Shown: piece by piece, positions 25,118 to 25,740 of the stretch | How the letters are laid out: every line of letters starts with the position of its first letter | Numbering within the stretch: the stretch's first letter is position 1 | Origin: an uncultured archaeon | GTDB lineage: Archaea; Asgardarchaeota; Heimdallarchaeia; Heimdallarchaeales; Heimdallarchaeaceae | NCBI GenBank assembly: GCA_964549075.1 | Contig: CAZJUB010000034.1 | Location: forward strand, 1 to 25,740 | DNA length: 25,740 nt | Reading direction: 5' to 3' | The notes under the pieces: model-generated | Database searches by the model: none | Seen by the model: only the letters and a program-made list of their open reading frames with translations | Told to the model about the DNA's origin: nothing | Program-made: the position numbers and the translations under genes

Positions 25118-25738
25118 CTAACTCTCAAAGAAATATTCCCAATATAATATCTCATCTTCTTCTAAATCTTTCAAGATTTTCTTTCCAAGAAGTAAATCAT
25201 AATATGTCGGGTCAATTCCTTTTCCTGGTCTCTTAGTAGTTACATTCTCAGCTGTTATTACTTCTCCTTTCTCCATAGCTCGAGTAGTTACTATTGACCT
25301 TCTTGCATTCTTTCTTGCTGGTAATTCTGCTTCTATTATTTTCTTCTCTTTCTCTCCTAATATCTTTGTTACCAAATCTATATTTTCAGCTAGAAGCTCA
25401 AGATCTTGTGGATCCATCGCATGATAATGGTCATTTCCTGGAAGTGTCTTATCTAGAGTAAAATGCTTTTCTAAAACTACTGCTCCCATCAGATACGCAA
25501 CAACTAAGGTTACCATCGCTCTATCCGGTTTTGTGTGATCAGAGTAACCTACTAGATGTTCTGGAAAGACTTTCCTTAGATGTTTTATCATTCTAAGATT
25601 TGCATCGTTGAAGTCTGTTGGATAACTGAGTATACAATGAAGCGGGACAATAGGAACATTTTCAACAGCTTTTATAGTTTTGATAGCATTCTGAATCTCT
25701 CCTAAGGTTGCAGCTCCAGTTGAGAGAAAAATGGGTTT
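25118..25738 (-). CDS. N-acetylneuraminate/nonulosonate synthase family (NeuB/PseI/LegI) with SAF domain; 5' truncated
   Basis: The frame is open to the window edge: KPIFLSTG...HCILSYPT...ANL, GYSDHT, EKHFTLD, DH, ARRS, KRPGKGI. The ORF track shows only the last 157 aa. Confidence 0.93.
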   Translation of the reverse strand, partial: KPIFLSTGAATLGEIQNAIKTIKAVENVPIVPLHCILSYPTDFNDANLRMIKHLRKVFPEHLVGYSDHTKPDRAMVTLVVAYLMGAVVLEKHFTLDKTLPGNDHYHAMDPQDLELLAENIDLVTKILGEKEKKIIEAELPARKNARRSIVTTRAMEKGEVITAENVTTKRPGKGIDPTYYDLLLGKKILKDLEEDEILYWEYFFES

Positions 25739-25740
25739 CT

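Overview
AT-rich archaeal window: TATA-box promoters, leaderless starts, a histone and C-terminally anchored solute-binding proteins. An Asgard/Heimdallarchaeia-like host is my inference, not something the sequence proves. The left ~10 kb holds a partial 2-oxoacid:ferredoxin oxidoreductase alpha/beta pair and three tandem paralogous 4-TM proteins, each with its own promoter and hairpin terminator. It continues with a short alpha3-truncated histone, sfsA, two family-5 solute-binding proteins that appear circularly permuted, a TerB-like protein and a sugar-phosphate nucleotidyltransferase. The right ~15 kb is an AT-richer surface-glycan locus: two GT2s, a DUF2206-like membrane protein, a GT4, a Gmd/Rmd-type SDR, fcl, a Wzx flippase and LicD. 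It adjoins a complete phosphonate operon (cytidylyltransferase-PepM fusion, Ppd, phosphonoacetaldehyde reductase, PntC/LicC-type cytidylyltransferase) and ends in a truncated NeuB-family gene. The top candidate system is biosynthesis, CMP activation and LicD-mediated transfer of 2-hydroxyethylphosphonate onto an archaeal lipid-linked glycan. All calls rest on motif recognition; no searches were run.
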